NCBI RefSeq assembly: GCF_009914755.1
Contig: NC_060947.1
Reading direction: 5' to 3' (one strand)
Source of the DNA: the human T2T-CHM13v2.0 reference genome, Homo sapiens
DNA: 64,000 nt
The notes below the pieces were generated by a model. That model made no database searches. It saw only the letters and a list, made by a program, of their open reading frames with translations, and was not told where the DNA came from. Each line of letters begins with the position of its first letter. Positions within the stretch are counted from its first letter, which is position 1. Of the stretch, positions 31,375-47,459 are shown one piece after another. Position numbers and translations under genes: made by a program.

Positions 31375-32840
31375 CCTTAGACCAAAAACATTCCCACAGC
31401 CTGGCTCCAATCAGCATGTAAATTGCCACATTACAAAAATAGATGCAGAATTAACCAGTTTCACTTAGCAGTGCTTCTAGTACACAGTCAAGGAGGAGGT
31501 TATGGGTTTTCACGACTAGAAGTCCCTCTGAGCAACAGGAAAGGGCCTCTGCCACCTAGTAGTGAGTCTTTTCCGTGATGGTCTAATCTAGGATTGTTGA
31601 AATCTAGGATTTCAACATAGTCTCCCATGTAGTGTTCAAACACAAAGTGACCCAGTTGGGCCCTTCCATGTGTGATTTCCTGCCAAACCATTTTGCACAC
31701 TTCCTCTCTCAGCAAATTTTCATATTTGCTAAGAAAATTCCTATTCACAATAGCAAAGACTTGGAACCAACCCAAATATCCATCAATGATAGACTGGATA
31801 AAGAAAATGTGGTGGGGTGGAGCCAAGATGGCCGAATAGGAACAGCTCCGGTCTACAGCTCCCAGCGTGAGCGACGCAGAAGATGGGTGATTTCTGCATT
31901 TCCAACTGAGGTAACGGGTTCATCTCACTGGGGAGTGCTGGACAGTTGGTGCAGGACAGTGGGTGCAGTGCACCGTGCGTGAGTCGAAGGAGGTCAAGGC
32001 TTCGCCTCACCCGGGAAGTGCAAAGGGTCAGGGAATTCCCTTTCCTAGTCAAAGAAAGGGGTGACAGACGGCACCTGGAAAATCGGGTCACTCCCACCCT
32101 AATACTGTGCTTTTCCAACGGGCTTATCAAACAGCACACCAGGAGATTATATCCCACAACTGGCTCGGAGGGTCCTACGCCCACGGAGCCTCACTCATTG
32201 CTAGCACAGCAGTCTGAGATCAAACTGCAAGGTGGCAGTGAGGTTGGGGGAGGGGCGCCCACCATTGCTCAGGCTTGAGTAGGTAAACGAAGTGTCCAGG
32301 AAGCTCGAACTGGGTGGAGCCCATCACAGCTCAAAGAGGCCTGCCTGCCTCTGTAGGCTCCACCTCTGGAGACAGGGCACAGAAAAACAAAAGACAGCAA
32401 TAACCTCTGCAGACTTAAATGTCCCTGTCTGACAGCTTTGAAGAGAGTAGTGGTTCTCCCAGCATGCAGCTTGAGATCTGAGAATGGGCAGACTGCCTCC
32501 TCAAGTGGGTCCCTGACCCCTGAGTAGCCTAAATGGGAGGCGCCCCCTAGTAGGGGTGGACTGACACCTCACACAACTGGGTACTCCTCTGAGACAAAAC
32601 TTCCAGAGGAATGATCAGGGAGCAGCATTTGCGGTTCACCAATATCCGCTGTTCTGCAGCCACCACTGCTGATACCTAGGCAAACAGGGTCTGGAGTAGA
32701 CCTCCAGCAAACTCCAACAGACCTGCAGGTGAGGGTCCTGACTGTTAGAAGGAAAACTAACAAAAAGAAAGGACATACACACCAAAAACCCATCTGTACG
32801 TCACCATCATCAAAGAACAAAGGTACATAAAACCACAAAG

Positions 32841-33856
32841 ATAGGGAAAAAAACAGAGCAGAAAAACCGGAAACTCTAAAAATCAGAGTGCCTCTCCTCC
32901 TCCAAAGGAAAGCAGCTCCTCACCAGCAACGGAAGAAGCTGGATGGAGAATGACTTTGACGAGTTGAGAGAGGAAGGCTTCAGAAGACCAAACTACTCCG
33001 AGCTAAAGAAGGAAGTTCGAACCAATGGCAAAGAAGTTAAAAACTTTGAAAAAAAATTAGATGAATGGATAACTAGAAAAACCAATGGAGAGAAGACCTT
33101 AAAGGACCTGATGGAGATGAAAACCATGGCATGAGAATTACGTGACGAATGCACAAGCCTCAGTGACCAATGCAATCAACTGAAAGAAAGGGTATCAGCG
33201 ATGGAAGACGAAATGAATGAAATGAAGTGTGAAGAGAAGTTTAGAGAAAAAAGAATAAAAAGAAACAAACAAAGCCTCCAAGAAATATGGGACTATGTGA
33301 AAAGACCAAATCTACGTCTAATTGGTGTATCTGAAAGTGACGGGCAGAATGGAACCAAGCTGGAAAACACTCTGCAGGATATTCTCCAGGAGAACTTCCC
33401 CAATCTAGCAAAGCAGGCCAACATTCAAATACAGGAAATACAGAGAACGCCACAAAGATACTCCTCAAGAAGAGCAACTCCAAGACACATAATTGTCAGA
33501 TTCACCAAAGTTGAAATGAAGGAAAAAATGTTAAGGGCAGCCAGAGAGAAAGGTTGGGTTACCCACAAAGGGAAGCCCATCAGACTAACAGCGGATCTCT
33601 CTGCAGAAAATCTACAAGCCAGAAGAGAGTGGGGGCCAATATTCAACATTCTTAAAGAAAAGAATTTTCAACCCAGAATTTCATATCCAGCCAAACTAAG
33701 CTTCATAAGTGAAGGAGAAATAAAATTCTTTACAGACAAGCAAATGCTGAGAGATTTTGTAACCACCAGGCCTGCCCTAAAAAGCTCCTGAAGGAAGCAC
33801 TAAACATGGAAAGGAACAACCAGTACCAGCCACTGCAAACACATGCCAAATTGTAA
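32841..33856 (+). pseudogene. L1 ORF1, disrupted (ATG>ATA, internal stop, frameshift)
   Basis: Fragments 32943-33134 and 33201-33791 are L1 ORF1p. Confidence 0.9.
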
Positions 33857-33919
33857 AGACCACCCAGGCTAGGAAGAAACTGCATCAACTAATGAGCAAA
33901 ATAACCAGCTAACATCATA

Positions 33920-37736
<3,817 letters not shown>

Positions 37737-38569
37737 AGAATGAGAACACATGGACACAGGAAGGGGAACATCACACACCTGGGACTGTTGTGGGGTGGGG
37801 GCAGGGGGGAAGGATAGCAGTAGGAGATATACCTAATGCTAAATGAGGATTTAATGGGTGCAGCACACAAACATGGCACATGTATACATATGTAACAAAC
37901 CTTCACGTTGTGCACATGTACCCTAAAACTTAAAGTATAATAATAATAATAAACAAACAAACAAAAAAAAAAAGAAAATGTGGCACATATACACCATGGA
38001 ATGCTATGCAGCTATAAAAAAGGATGAGTTCATGTCCCTTGCAGGGACATGGATGAAGCTGGAAAACATCATTCTCAGAAAACTAACACAGGAACAGAAA
38101 ACCAAACACTGCATGTTCTCACTCATAAGTGGGAGTTGAACAATGAGAAAACATGGACACAGGGAGGGGAACATCACACACCGGGGCATGTTGAGGGGTG
38201 AGGGGCTAGGGGAGGGATAGCATTAGGAGAAATACCTAATGTAGATGACGAGTTGATGGGTGCAGCAAACCATCATGGCACGTGTATACCTATGTAACAA
38301 ACCTGCACCCTCTGCACATGTATCCCAGAATCTAAAGTACAATAAAAAAACTAAAGAAAACAAACAAACAAAAAGAATGATGTCAAACATTTTCAAGTTT
38401 TAGCGAACACATATTATTCACATAAACAAATGGATGCAGACATACACTTTTACTCACCTAGACGAATAGTTCATTGTTCCCAAAATTTATATACCAAAAA
38501 GAAAATTCCTATATATACTCAGTTTTCAAAAAGTAGCAGGAAAAAAATTTGGCCATGGAACTGATGGTG

Positions 38570-38769
38570 GAAGAAGTGTAGTGAAACAAATTCATCTAGA
38601 AACTTTATTGGTTCTTCCCTTAGTTAGCTATATGGCCTTGAGCTAGAATGGGGTAATAATCCATGCCCTGCTTATATAGTGAGGTGTGGAGAGGATCACT
38701 CAAGACAATGGATGTGAAAATACCTTGAAAATTATAAAGCACTATAAAATTATAAAGTGCTTATTATTT
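38570..38769 (+). mobile_element. MIR-family SINE fragment (MIRc/MIR3-like)
   Basis: Degenerate MIR 3' part: AATGGGGTAATAAT...GAGGATCA...GATGTGAAAATACCTTGAAAATTATAAAGCACTAT...TTATTATT. Confidence 0.6.
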
Positions 38770-39600
38770 CCGTTAATGCCCAGATCTGCAAAATTGAGAG
38801 GCAGAAATAAGCTGTGAGGGACAGGATGCAATATTTAATTTCCAAGGCCAAAGTAGAATGGTAGAAACAAAAGGAATGGGATGGGGAAGCAATGTATTGT
38901 GCTTTGAAAGTGAAAACCACAGTGAGATGAATGAACACCAAGTACCGATATTAGGTACTAAAGGTTTTCTTTTGTCGCAGCATAGATGTGGCAAGACCAA
39001 ATGGGGATGGAAAGGCAAATTATAATGAAAATATTGTTTGATTTAAAGGCCTCAAGTCCTCTAAATTTCAGTAATAGTGTTTCGCAAACCTTAGAAAACT
39101 TTTTATTTATTTACTTATTTATTTTAATCCTTGTTAAAATCAGATTGAGAAATGTAACACTCAAAGGATTTCAGAATCAGAATGGACCATAAAGAAAGTA
39201 TGAGTCACTAAGGTGGTTTCTAAGTGGTTCATGGTTGCATGGTGTACAAATACAACTCAAAATAGTAAATCCATCTTCCCAGAGCACTGATAAAATTCTT
39301 CCTGAGGTGGCATATCTAGTTATGGGCTCCAAAAAAACCATTAAAAAGAGAGCTAATAAGGACTGTGAAAGTGATAAAAATTCATTAAAGGAATGAGTTA
39401 AAAGATCTACACTGGTAGGTCTGTTGTGCACTGAGATATACACTGTGTACATCTCAGAGATAGCTTAATAATAACAGAAAGAGCAATAAGAATGGTTTGG
39501 TGAATAGCCATAATCAAAGACACACTGCTCTTCAGTCTGCTTTAGTTTTCTTCTTTTTGTCTGATGTTTCAAGGTTCTTCCTAACCTAATCCTAACCTAA

Positions 39601-39635
<35 letters not shown>

Positions 39636-39648
39636 CTCTCTCATTCTC

Positions 39649-39682
<34 letters not shown>

Positions 39683-39697
39683 CCCCTCTTTCTCTCT
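39601..39697. repeat. (CT)n polypyrimidine tract
   Basis: Read directly: ~95 bp of TC-rich repeat. Confidence 0.95.
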
Positions 39698-42600
39698 ACC
39701 AAATCGGTACTTAGTTTCTTCCTTCTCCCTGTAGCTCAATACAACACACATTCCAGTTCTTGTCCCATGAGCCTCTATCCCCATTTTGGTTGCATTTCCA
39801 GTGACTCTGATCCTGTTCTAGGACTTTGATCCTAGACCTACATGTTTCTCTCAACCAACTACAGGAGAGATATGCATTCAATGTAACAAAGATGTTCCTA
39901 ATAGAGAAAGTATGAGTCATACTTTATAGACAGTATTAAAACTGAATACCTATATACCTTTATTAATTAGGTACAACTTTATTTTGAGGAAAAATCATGA
40001 ACTAGAAGAGAATGAGGGCCAGAAAAGGCCAAGAAAACCCAATAGCTCTATTTTAAGGCACTTGGAAATTGACAACTGGTCTGAAAGAATATTAAGGAAC
40101 CCAGGCACAGGCACTCTAAAGAGTCCTAGACAAAAATAAAAAAACTTAAAAAGAGAAACTCCAATATTAAATAATGCAGGTGTGCCCTAAAATGCGCTAT
40201 GAATTATGTACATATCATCAAACATATTCTTAAATCCTAAGTAGACATTTTAATATTTTTGCAAAAATACTCAACAGAACCCGCAGCCACATGGGACAAA
40301 TACACCCTCCATGGCTACGCTTGGGCATTTCCAAACTTGGAAACTTAATCTTCAACTCTTTCAGGCCATATGTCAGAGGGACAATGCCTAAATACTGAAT
40401 GGCCAAGTGTGAAAACACAAGAGATGGTGAGAACTGTGGCCACAGTCATCATTTGAAACTTTGACCCTGCTCACCAGACCAGGGAGTGGCACACGGGAGG
40501 AGATCAAGCAGAACAGTGACAAGGCTCCACACTGTCACTGCATCCTGCAGTAGACATGCTGCCACTGCTACAAAGTAAATAAGGGGAGAAAAAAATCCCT
40601 TTCTCAAAACAGACCTAGAGTGGGTGTGTGGCTTTGATCTGACAGTCTCATTTTACTTCAGTGCTTTTGGAGAGGATGGAGAGGAGAAAAGGGAGCGAGG
40701 AGGAGGTGAGAGAAAAAACAGAGCCATTTTTGTAATTAAATTTCAGAATCTTTTCATTATGCAGTTTCAATTCATTGAAAGTTTTTTTCCTTCCAGCCCC
40801 GCTCCTTCCTTAAAACTCTTGCTCCACTTACTACCCTCTCCTGTGTGAACACACACACATACATATGCACACATACAGTGTTGCCCTTGATAAGAATCAA
40901 AGCAGGCAGAGCAGCTCCGCCTCAGTACTGGCCTTTGTAACCAGGGATGTAAACAATATTCAGGAGGGTTTTTTTTTTTTTTTAGACTTCAGAACAGTTT
41001 AACAAAATGATGCAGTTCCACATTTACTAGAGAAAAGCCTAAAGGAAACTAAAATGCTTAAGAGGTACAAATATTGTGTTTCTGCTACAATCAATAAATA
41101 ATGCCAAAGTGAAAGAATGGCAGTGCATGGCAACATACTGAATGATGTTGCTTCTGGTAATCTTCCAGTGAAAGGCGTTGTGAAGTTTTATGCTGCTAAT
41201 CACATTAAATTGACCTCTGAGGGCCAGGACATAATGTCCTGTTATTATTGTTGTATTTGTTTGTTTTGCTATTTAATGGCTCCCATTTTTAAGTTTAACT
41301 TAAATTAGGGGGTGGTTCAGAAAAAACCAAGCAACTCAAGGTCTGACTTGATGAATCCATTTAGGAAAGAGTATGAGATTTGGACACAGATGCTTAGGCT
41401 TCTGGCCAAGGAGAAATTATTGCTGTGGAACATGAGACTAGAGAGGCCAGGGCTTCAGTTTTGAATTAATCAAGCTATGTTCTCTAAACATTTGATTCAG
41501 TCTCTTCTACTTCTCCGACATGGCTCCTTTCCCCTCACCCTTTCACAGCTCAACCTGGAGGGAAGTCATAAAGAATACAACAGAGAAATGTGGGGGATGT
41601 TCTCAAGCCGGGCTATTACAAAATATTTGCACAGGGTCAGCAACGCTGGCATTTACAAGGAGACATTTTAAGAAAAGTTTTACCAAGTCCTAAATATGTA
41701 TTTTTTTTTCTCTCAGAAATTCTATGAAGCAAAATTCGTTGACTTGGCCACAGGCAATAAAGCCTAATTAGTTCTGTAAGGTTGTTTAATGTTTAAGCCT
41801 AACTATCATTGGACAGCCCTACAGACCCAAAGAAATATTCTCAATTCAAAGCCTCAATGCAGAGGGACAAAAGCTAAACACAAGATGGAAAGAAATCAAT
41901 TTCTCTTTAACCTGGGCACCAGGGGAAAACAAAAACCTGACAAGGGAAAAGAGAAATTTGTTACAGGGCTTCCAAGACTTTACAGGGCTCTGGGGAACTA
42001 ACCAAAGATCTTGCGTAGGTCTAATAAAACATCTAAATTTTTCTTTCTGGGTGCTCAGGTCACTTTACAGATATTATTTTCCTCATTCTCCCCACAGCCT
42101 GGTAAAGCAGGAGAGGCACGTATTTTTATACCCGTAAACCCTAATATAGTCTTAGAGGCTTTGCCCTCCTGTCAGTCTGAAAGGTTTCACTACTGAGTTA
42201 TAGATACATATATACTTATTACTTAAACAGAGTTGAAATGCTGCCTCTAATTCAATTTCTTCATCAAAGCTCAGATCCACAGAACAATGATCAACTTTGC
42301 ATTCATTTTCCAACATCAGCCACCTCATTTGAATGACACTATTTTAATGACAATAAATGTTGCATGGGCACCATGAAGTGAGAAACATCACCCTGCATTA
42401 ATACGCCATCTGCCTGCCATCTCCCTAAGATCCCAAGGCATGTTTCAAAGTGAGCATAGGAGAATTTACCCTAATTAAAACCACAGGGGGAATGGAACGT
42501 CAGAGGCAGAATTTACTTTCTTTCTACGAATTAGAGTATTTTTGAGGCATCAGACTAGTCTGTCTACCAGACTTGCTGAGAAGGAAAGGATGGAGAGAGA

Positions 42601-43593
42601 GAGAATATGTATGTATAGAAAAAGAAATGGGCAAGGATGGGGAGCTAGACAGTAGTTTTTAAAAATAAGGATACTGACTTAGGTCTTAAGGAATTAAAGT
42701 ACTAGAAAATAGACTGATTTCTGTCCCTATAATTTTGTTTCCTCCTACATGCCTACACCCTATGACTGCTCTTCCAGTAGAATCAGAAAATATATTTTAA
42801 AAAGCTTTGGAAGAAGTGACACCAAACAGTTAAAGGATGAAGAAACAAGAGTCTAAGTAATCCATAAAGCAGACTACTTCAGATAACAGAAAATTGAAGG
42901 TATCTTAAATTATCATTCAAGAAGCTAAGGTACAAGGAGGAAAATGACCTTGTTTTGTTTCCTTCTAGTTTACTGTCTATCTTTGCCACCTGCTTCTTAG
43001 TTCTCATGCTGCAGAGCAAATGGAGAGCTGAAAATCTAAAAGAGTTTTCTTGTTTTTCATCCTCACCTTTTTTAAAGACTCAAAGGGTTCCTCTGATGAG
43101 GGAGGTAAGTCCTGTACAGACTGTCTCATGCGTGGCCTTAAAGTCACAGCTAAACAAGCCATTTTATTTTGTGTGCAATGTAAAAATTGTTATATTTAAT
43201 CTTGTTTCCTCAACAAACATAGGAGAGAAAGAAGAGATAAAAGAAGATGAGGTGATTAAGCACCCAAGATGGAGATGGAAAAACTCTATTTAGGCAAGTT
43301 GTAAGATTTTAAAAATATTCAGCACACATGTACACACAGTGCATGGATGATGTGGAAGGTTTTTCTGAAAGTCTAATATTGGAATCATAAGACGCTTTGC
43401 AGAAATTATAGCATCCTAAATTTATGCAAAGCTGCCCAACCACCAGGATCAGACAGGGCCATTTGGACCTGGAGTCATGACCTGGCTTTCCCATTAACTG
43501 AGATACCCCATCTAGGGAAGAGTATGTTAATTCAATTTACAATGAATAATCCTTTTGTGGGTGAGGGAGAATTAAAAAGTTCCAGTTTCCAAA

Positions 43594-45544
43594 ACAGTTG
43601 ACTTTTTGAAAAATTAAGCAAAATAGACAAACCATTAGCCAGACTAACTGAGATAAAAAGAGCCAGGCTATGGTGGCTCACGCTTGAAATCCCAGAACTT
43701 TGGGAGGCTAAGGCAGGCAGATCACTTGAGTCCAGGAGTTCAAGACCAGCCTGGGCCACAGAGTGAAAACCCTTCTCTACTAAAAGTACAAAAAAAAAAA
43801 TATATCTGGGCATGGTGGCACGCACCTGTAGTCCCAGTTACTTAGGAGGCTGAGGGAGAGGATCACTTGAGCCTGGCAGGCGGAGGCTGCAGTGAGCCAA
43901 TCACAGCACTGCACTCCAGCCTGGGTGGCAGAGCGAGATTCTGTCAAAAAATAAAATAAAATAAATTAAAAAGAGAGAAGAGCCAAAGAAATACAATCAG
44001 AACTGAAAAAGACGGCATTACAACTGATACTTCAGAAATCCAAAGGATCATTAGTAGCTACTATAAGCAACTATTATCAATCTTACTCAGACTATGCCAA
44101 AAAATAAAGGAGGAAGGAATACTTCCAAACTTATTCTATGAGGTCAGTAATACCCTGATACTGAAACCAGACAAAATCACATCAAAAAAAGAAAACTACA
44201 GGCCAATATCTCTGATAAATATTGATTCAGAAATCCTCAACAAAATACTAGCAAACCAAATTCAACAATACATTAGAAAGATCATTTATCATGACCAAGT
44301 GGGATTTATCCCTGGGATGCAAGGATGGTCCAACACTCACAAATCAATCAATGTGATACATCATATCAACAAAATAAAGGATAAAAACAATATGATCATA
44401 TCAATCTATGCTGAAAAAGCATTTGATAAAATTCAACATTCCTTCATAATAAAAACCCTCAAAGAAGGAACATACCTCAACATAATAAAAGCCATCTATG
44501 ACAGACACACAGCTAGTATCACACTGAATTGGGAGAAACAGAAAGCCTTTCCTCTAAGATCTGGAACACTACAAGGATGCCCACTGTCATCACTGTTATT
44601 CAACATAGTACTGGCAGCCCTAGCTAGAGCAATCAGACAAGAGAAAGATAGAAAGGGCATCCAAATTGGAAAGGAAGAAGTCAAATTATCCTTGTTTGCA
44701 TATGATATCATCTTATATTTGGAAAAACCAATAGAAAACTGTTAGAAATAGTAAACAAATTCGGTGATGTTTCAGGAGACAAAATCAACATACAAAAAAC
44801 AATAGCATTTCTATATGCCAACAGTGAACAATCTGAAAAAGAAATCAAAAAGTAGTCCCAATTACAACAGCCACAAATAAAGTTAAATACCTAGGAATTA
44901 ACCAAATAAGTGAAAGTTCTCTACAATGAAAAATATAAAGCACTGATAAGAGAAATTGAAAAGGACACCAAAAAATGGAAAGATATTCCATGTTTGTGGG
45001 TTGGAAGAATCAATATTGTTAAAATGTGCATACTACTCAAACAATTTACAGATTCAATGCAATCTCTATCAAAATATCAATGACATTATTCACAGAAATA
45101 GAAAAAAATCCTAAAATGTATATGGAACAACAAAAGACTCAGAATAGCCAAAACCTTCCTAAGCAAAAAGAACAAAACTGGAGGAATCACATTACCTGAC
45201 TTTAAATTATACTACAGAGGTATAGTAACTAAAAGAGCATGGTACTGGCATAAAAAACAGGTGCATAGACCAATGGAACAGAATAAAAAATCCAGAAACA
45301 ATTCCACACACCTACAGTGAACTCATTTTCCACAAAGTTGCCAAGAACATCACATGCTCTTACTTATTTGTGGGATTTAAAAATCAAAACAATTGAAGTC
45401 ATGAAGACAGAGAGTAGAAGGATAGTTACCAGAGGCTGGGAAGGGTAGGGGGTAGGGGTGTGAAGCGGGGGCGGTGGCTACTGTGTAAAAAAAAAAAAAA
45501 ACATAGAATGAATGAATAAGGCCTAGAAATGAATTTGAATGAGA
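43594..45544 (+). mobile_element. 5'-truncated, internally deleted L1MA (L1MA1-3-like) with a 20-bp TSD, carrying an Alu
   Basis: RT fragment 44299-44745 ([14 protein letters not shown]...LFAYD). TSD AAAAAGTTCCAGTTTCCAAA (43574-43593) / AAAAAGTTCAAGTTTCCAAA (45545-45564). Confidence 0.85.
43662..43966 (+). mobile_element. Alu (AluJb-like)
   Basis: GAGTCCAGGAGTTCAAGACCAGCCTGGG, GGAGGCTGCAGTGAGCC. TSD TAAAAAGAG on both sides. Confidence 0.9.
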
Positions 45545-46844
45545 AAAAAGTTCAAGTTTCCAAAGGACTTAGTTTTTCTCCAGTAAAAGGAATCTTATCT
45601 GCTCAATTCATATTCCTCATTCAGTTCATCCCAGAACTTTTAGGTGGCAAAGAAACAAAGTACCTAGGTTCAAATAAGTAAAAGCCTGCCCCGTTTCCCC
45701 TTTTTCCATAGCAGATTCAACCACTTAGTCATGCTTCCTAGGTTCTTCTGTCAACTCTCCATCTCAGAGATCCAGAAAGTATTAATGCTAAAATTCAATA
45801 TAAAGCAATAAGTCCTTCTCCTCAGCAACCACCACTCTCCAAGTAAGGATAGTGTCTGTTCCCACTTACTCCTCCCCATCCTTGTCACCAAAGTTGAAAA
45901 GCTCTCAGCCCCTTTGCTGCCTTCTTCCTTATCTAGATACCATACTTCCCCTTCCTCAACCCTGAAATTCAACATTTGCTAACTAAACTTCAGACCACTT
46001 TCTCCATCCCACTCTGGCCAGTAGGTAATGCCACAGATATCTGACTGTTTCTTTTCAACTGATGACTCCTTAAAGGCAGGAGGCTCTTTGGGTATGGAAA
46101 CCATTCATCCCAGAAAGTTGTGACTTGAAATATTCTGTACATACTACAATTTCTGGTTTGCACGAACTGGTTTTAAGATTGAAGGAGTGGTCAGGTAGTA
46201 AGAGAGAAAAGTTTTCTAGCTCTTTCTTTTCTCTCCTGCTCAGTTTATAAAGGAATACATGAAAAGGCTCCCACTAATTCCTTACCCTGGGTGTGAATGA
46301 GCAGAGACAGCCCAGGAATAAAAACTGGTGCCATCTGCCAAATCTAGTGCAGTCTCTGCAACCTCCAAAATAGAAGAGCAGAGACTGGGCACTGGAGTGT
46401 GTATGTGTGACAGGATATTACTGTATAAATTATTTGGGGATTATACACTGTTTGGGATTAGCCACACCTCAGCACCTTTCCATTAGAATTTGATAAGTGC
46501 TGAAAAAGACACAAAGCTAGCTGCCTAATATCCGCAGCAAGCAAGGACAATTAGAAAATATTCATTTTTGTTCTGTTGACACTTCTGTTCCCAAAGCTAA
46601 CCATATGCTTTCTAAGTTCTGGCTTGATCACCCAATTGATATCTACTAGCATACAAAAATGATTTTGATTTCTAGAAACATTTCTTAAGTGTTTGCATTT
46701 CAGACTTACCTTTCATATCTCATATTATATTGGGAGGCTAAGTTCGGCTCAAAAGAAAATGTATTGGCAATTCTGATTAATGGTTGAGGGTCTGACAAAC
46801 AAAAATTAGCCTACACAGTTAAAGTTTAAACCTAATTTTAAGGT

Positions 46845-47035
46845 TACTGGAGTAAGAGTCAAGAGAACCCAGTCTGTCTAACTCATATGGTGACTTTGGA
46901 TAAGGCACCTTCTCTGGGCTTTGGCTTTCTGGGCATACCACTAACTGCCCTACCTACCTCCCACATGGGTTAGGAGAGTCAAACTAATAGTTTCCTAAAT
47001 AGCTTTGAAAAATAGTAAGCTCTGCACAAAATGGA
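46845..47035 (+). mobile_element. MIR-family fragment
   Basis: GTGACTTTGGATAAGGCACCTTCTCTGGGCTTTGG...CTGCCCTACCTACCTCCCAC resembles the MIR core and 3' part. Confidence 0.55.
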
Positions 47036-47209
47036 AACATATTTCTCCTCTAATTTCTAAGGGTCTTAATTCTAATATGGGGATAATTTTTTTCATTCAG
47101 TGACACAGCCTGGGTACTATTTACTATCATACATAGTTTCTAGTAGAAGAACTACCTTTGATTTCTCTTAAATTTTATAATTGTTGTGGAGGGTAAGGAG
47201 AGTGAAAGG

Positions 47210-47437
47210 AGGTATTTCAGGTAACTGACAAAATGGAATGTTTCCAGAAGAAAGCTGCTAGATGAGTAAGGGGTCAATAAATCTGTCACATGAGGAATGT
47301 GTAAAGGAATGAGTGGGAAATGTTTAGTCTGGAGAACACTAGAGGGGGTAATGGTGGATGTTTTTATAAATCTGAAGGGCTGTCACATGCTGGAGAGCTT
47401 AAGTTTTTCATGGCAGAAGGCAAAACAAAAATCAATC
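47210..47437 (+). mobile_element. L3/CR1 LINE fragment; probable 3' continuation at ~50856-50990
   Basis: GACAAAATGGAATGTTTCCAGAAGA...TGTTTAGTCTGGAGAA...CTGAAGGGCTGTCACATG resembles the L3 ORF2 end. Confidence 0.6.
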
Positions 47438-47459
47438 TCAAAAGAAAAAACAAATTAAA

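Noticed and set aside
31500-31826. 108-aa minus-strand ORF with a protein-like C-terminal half
   Set aside because: It begins in antisense L1 sequence and crosses an insertion junction. I recognise no homology and see no supporting splice structure.
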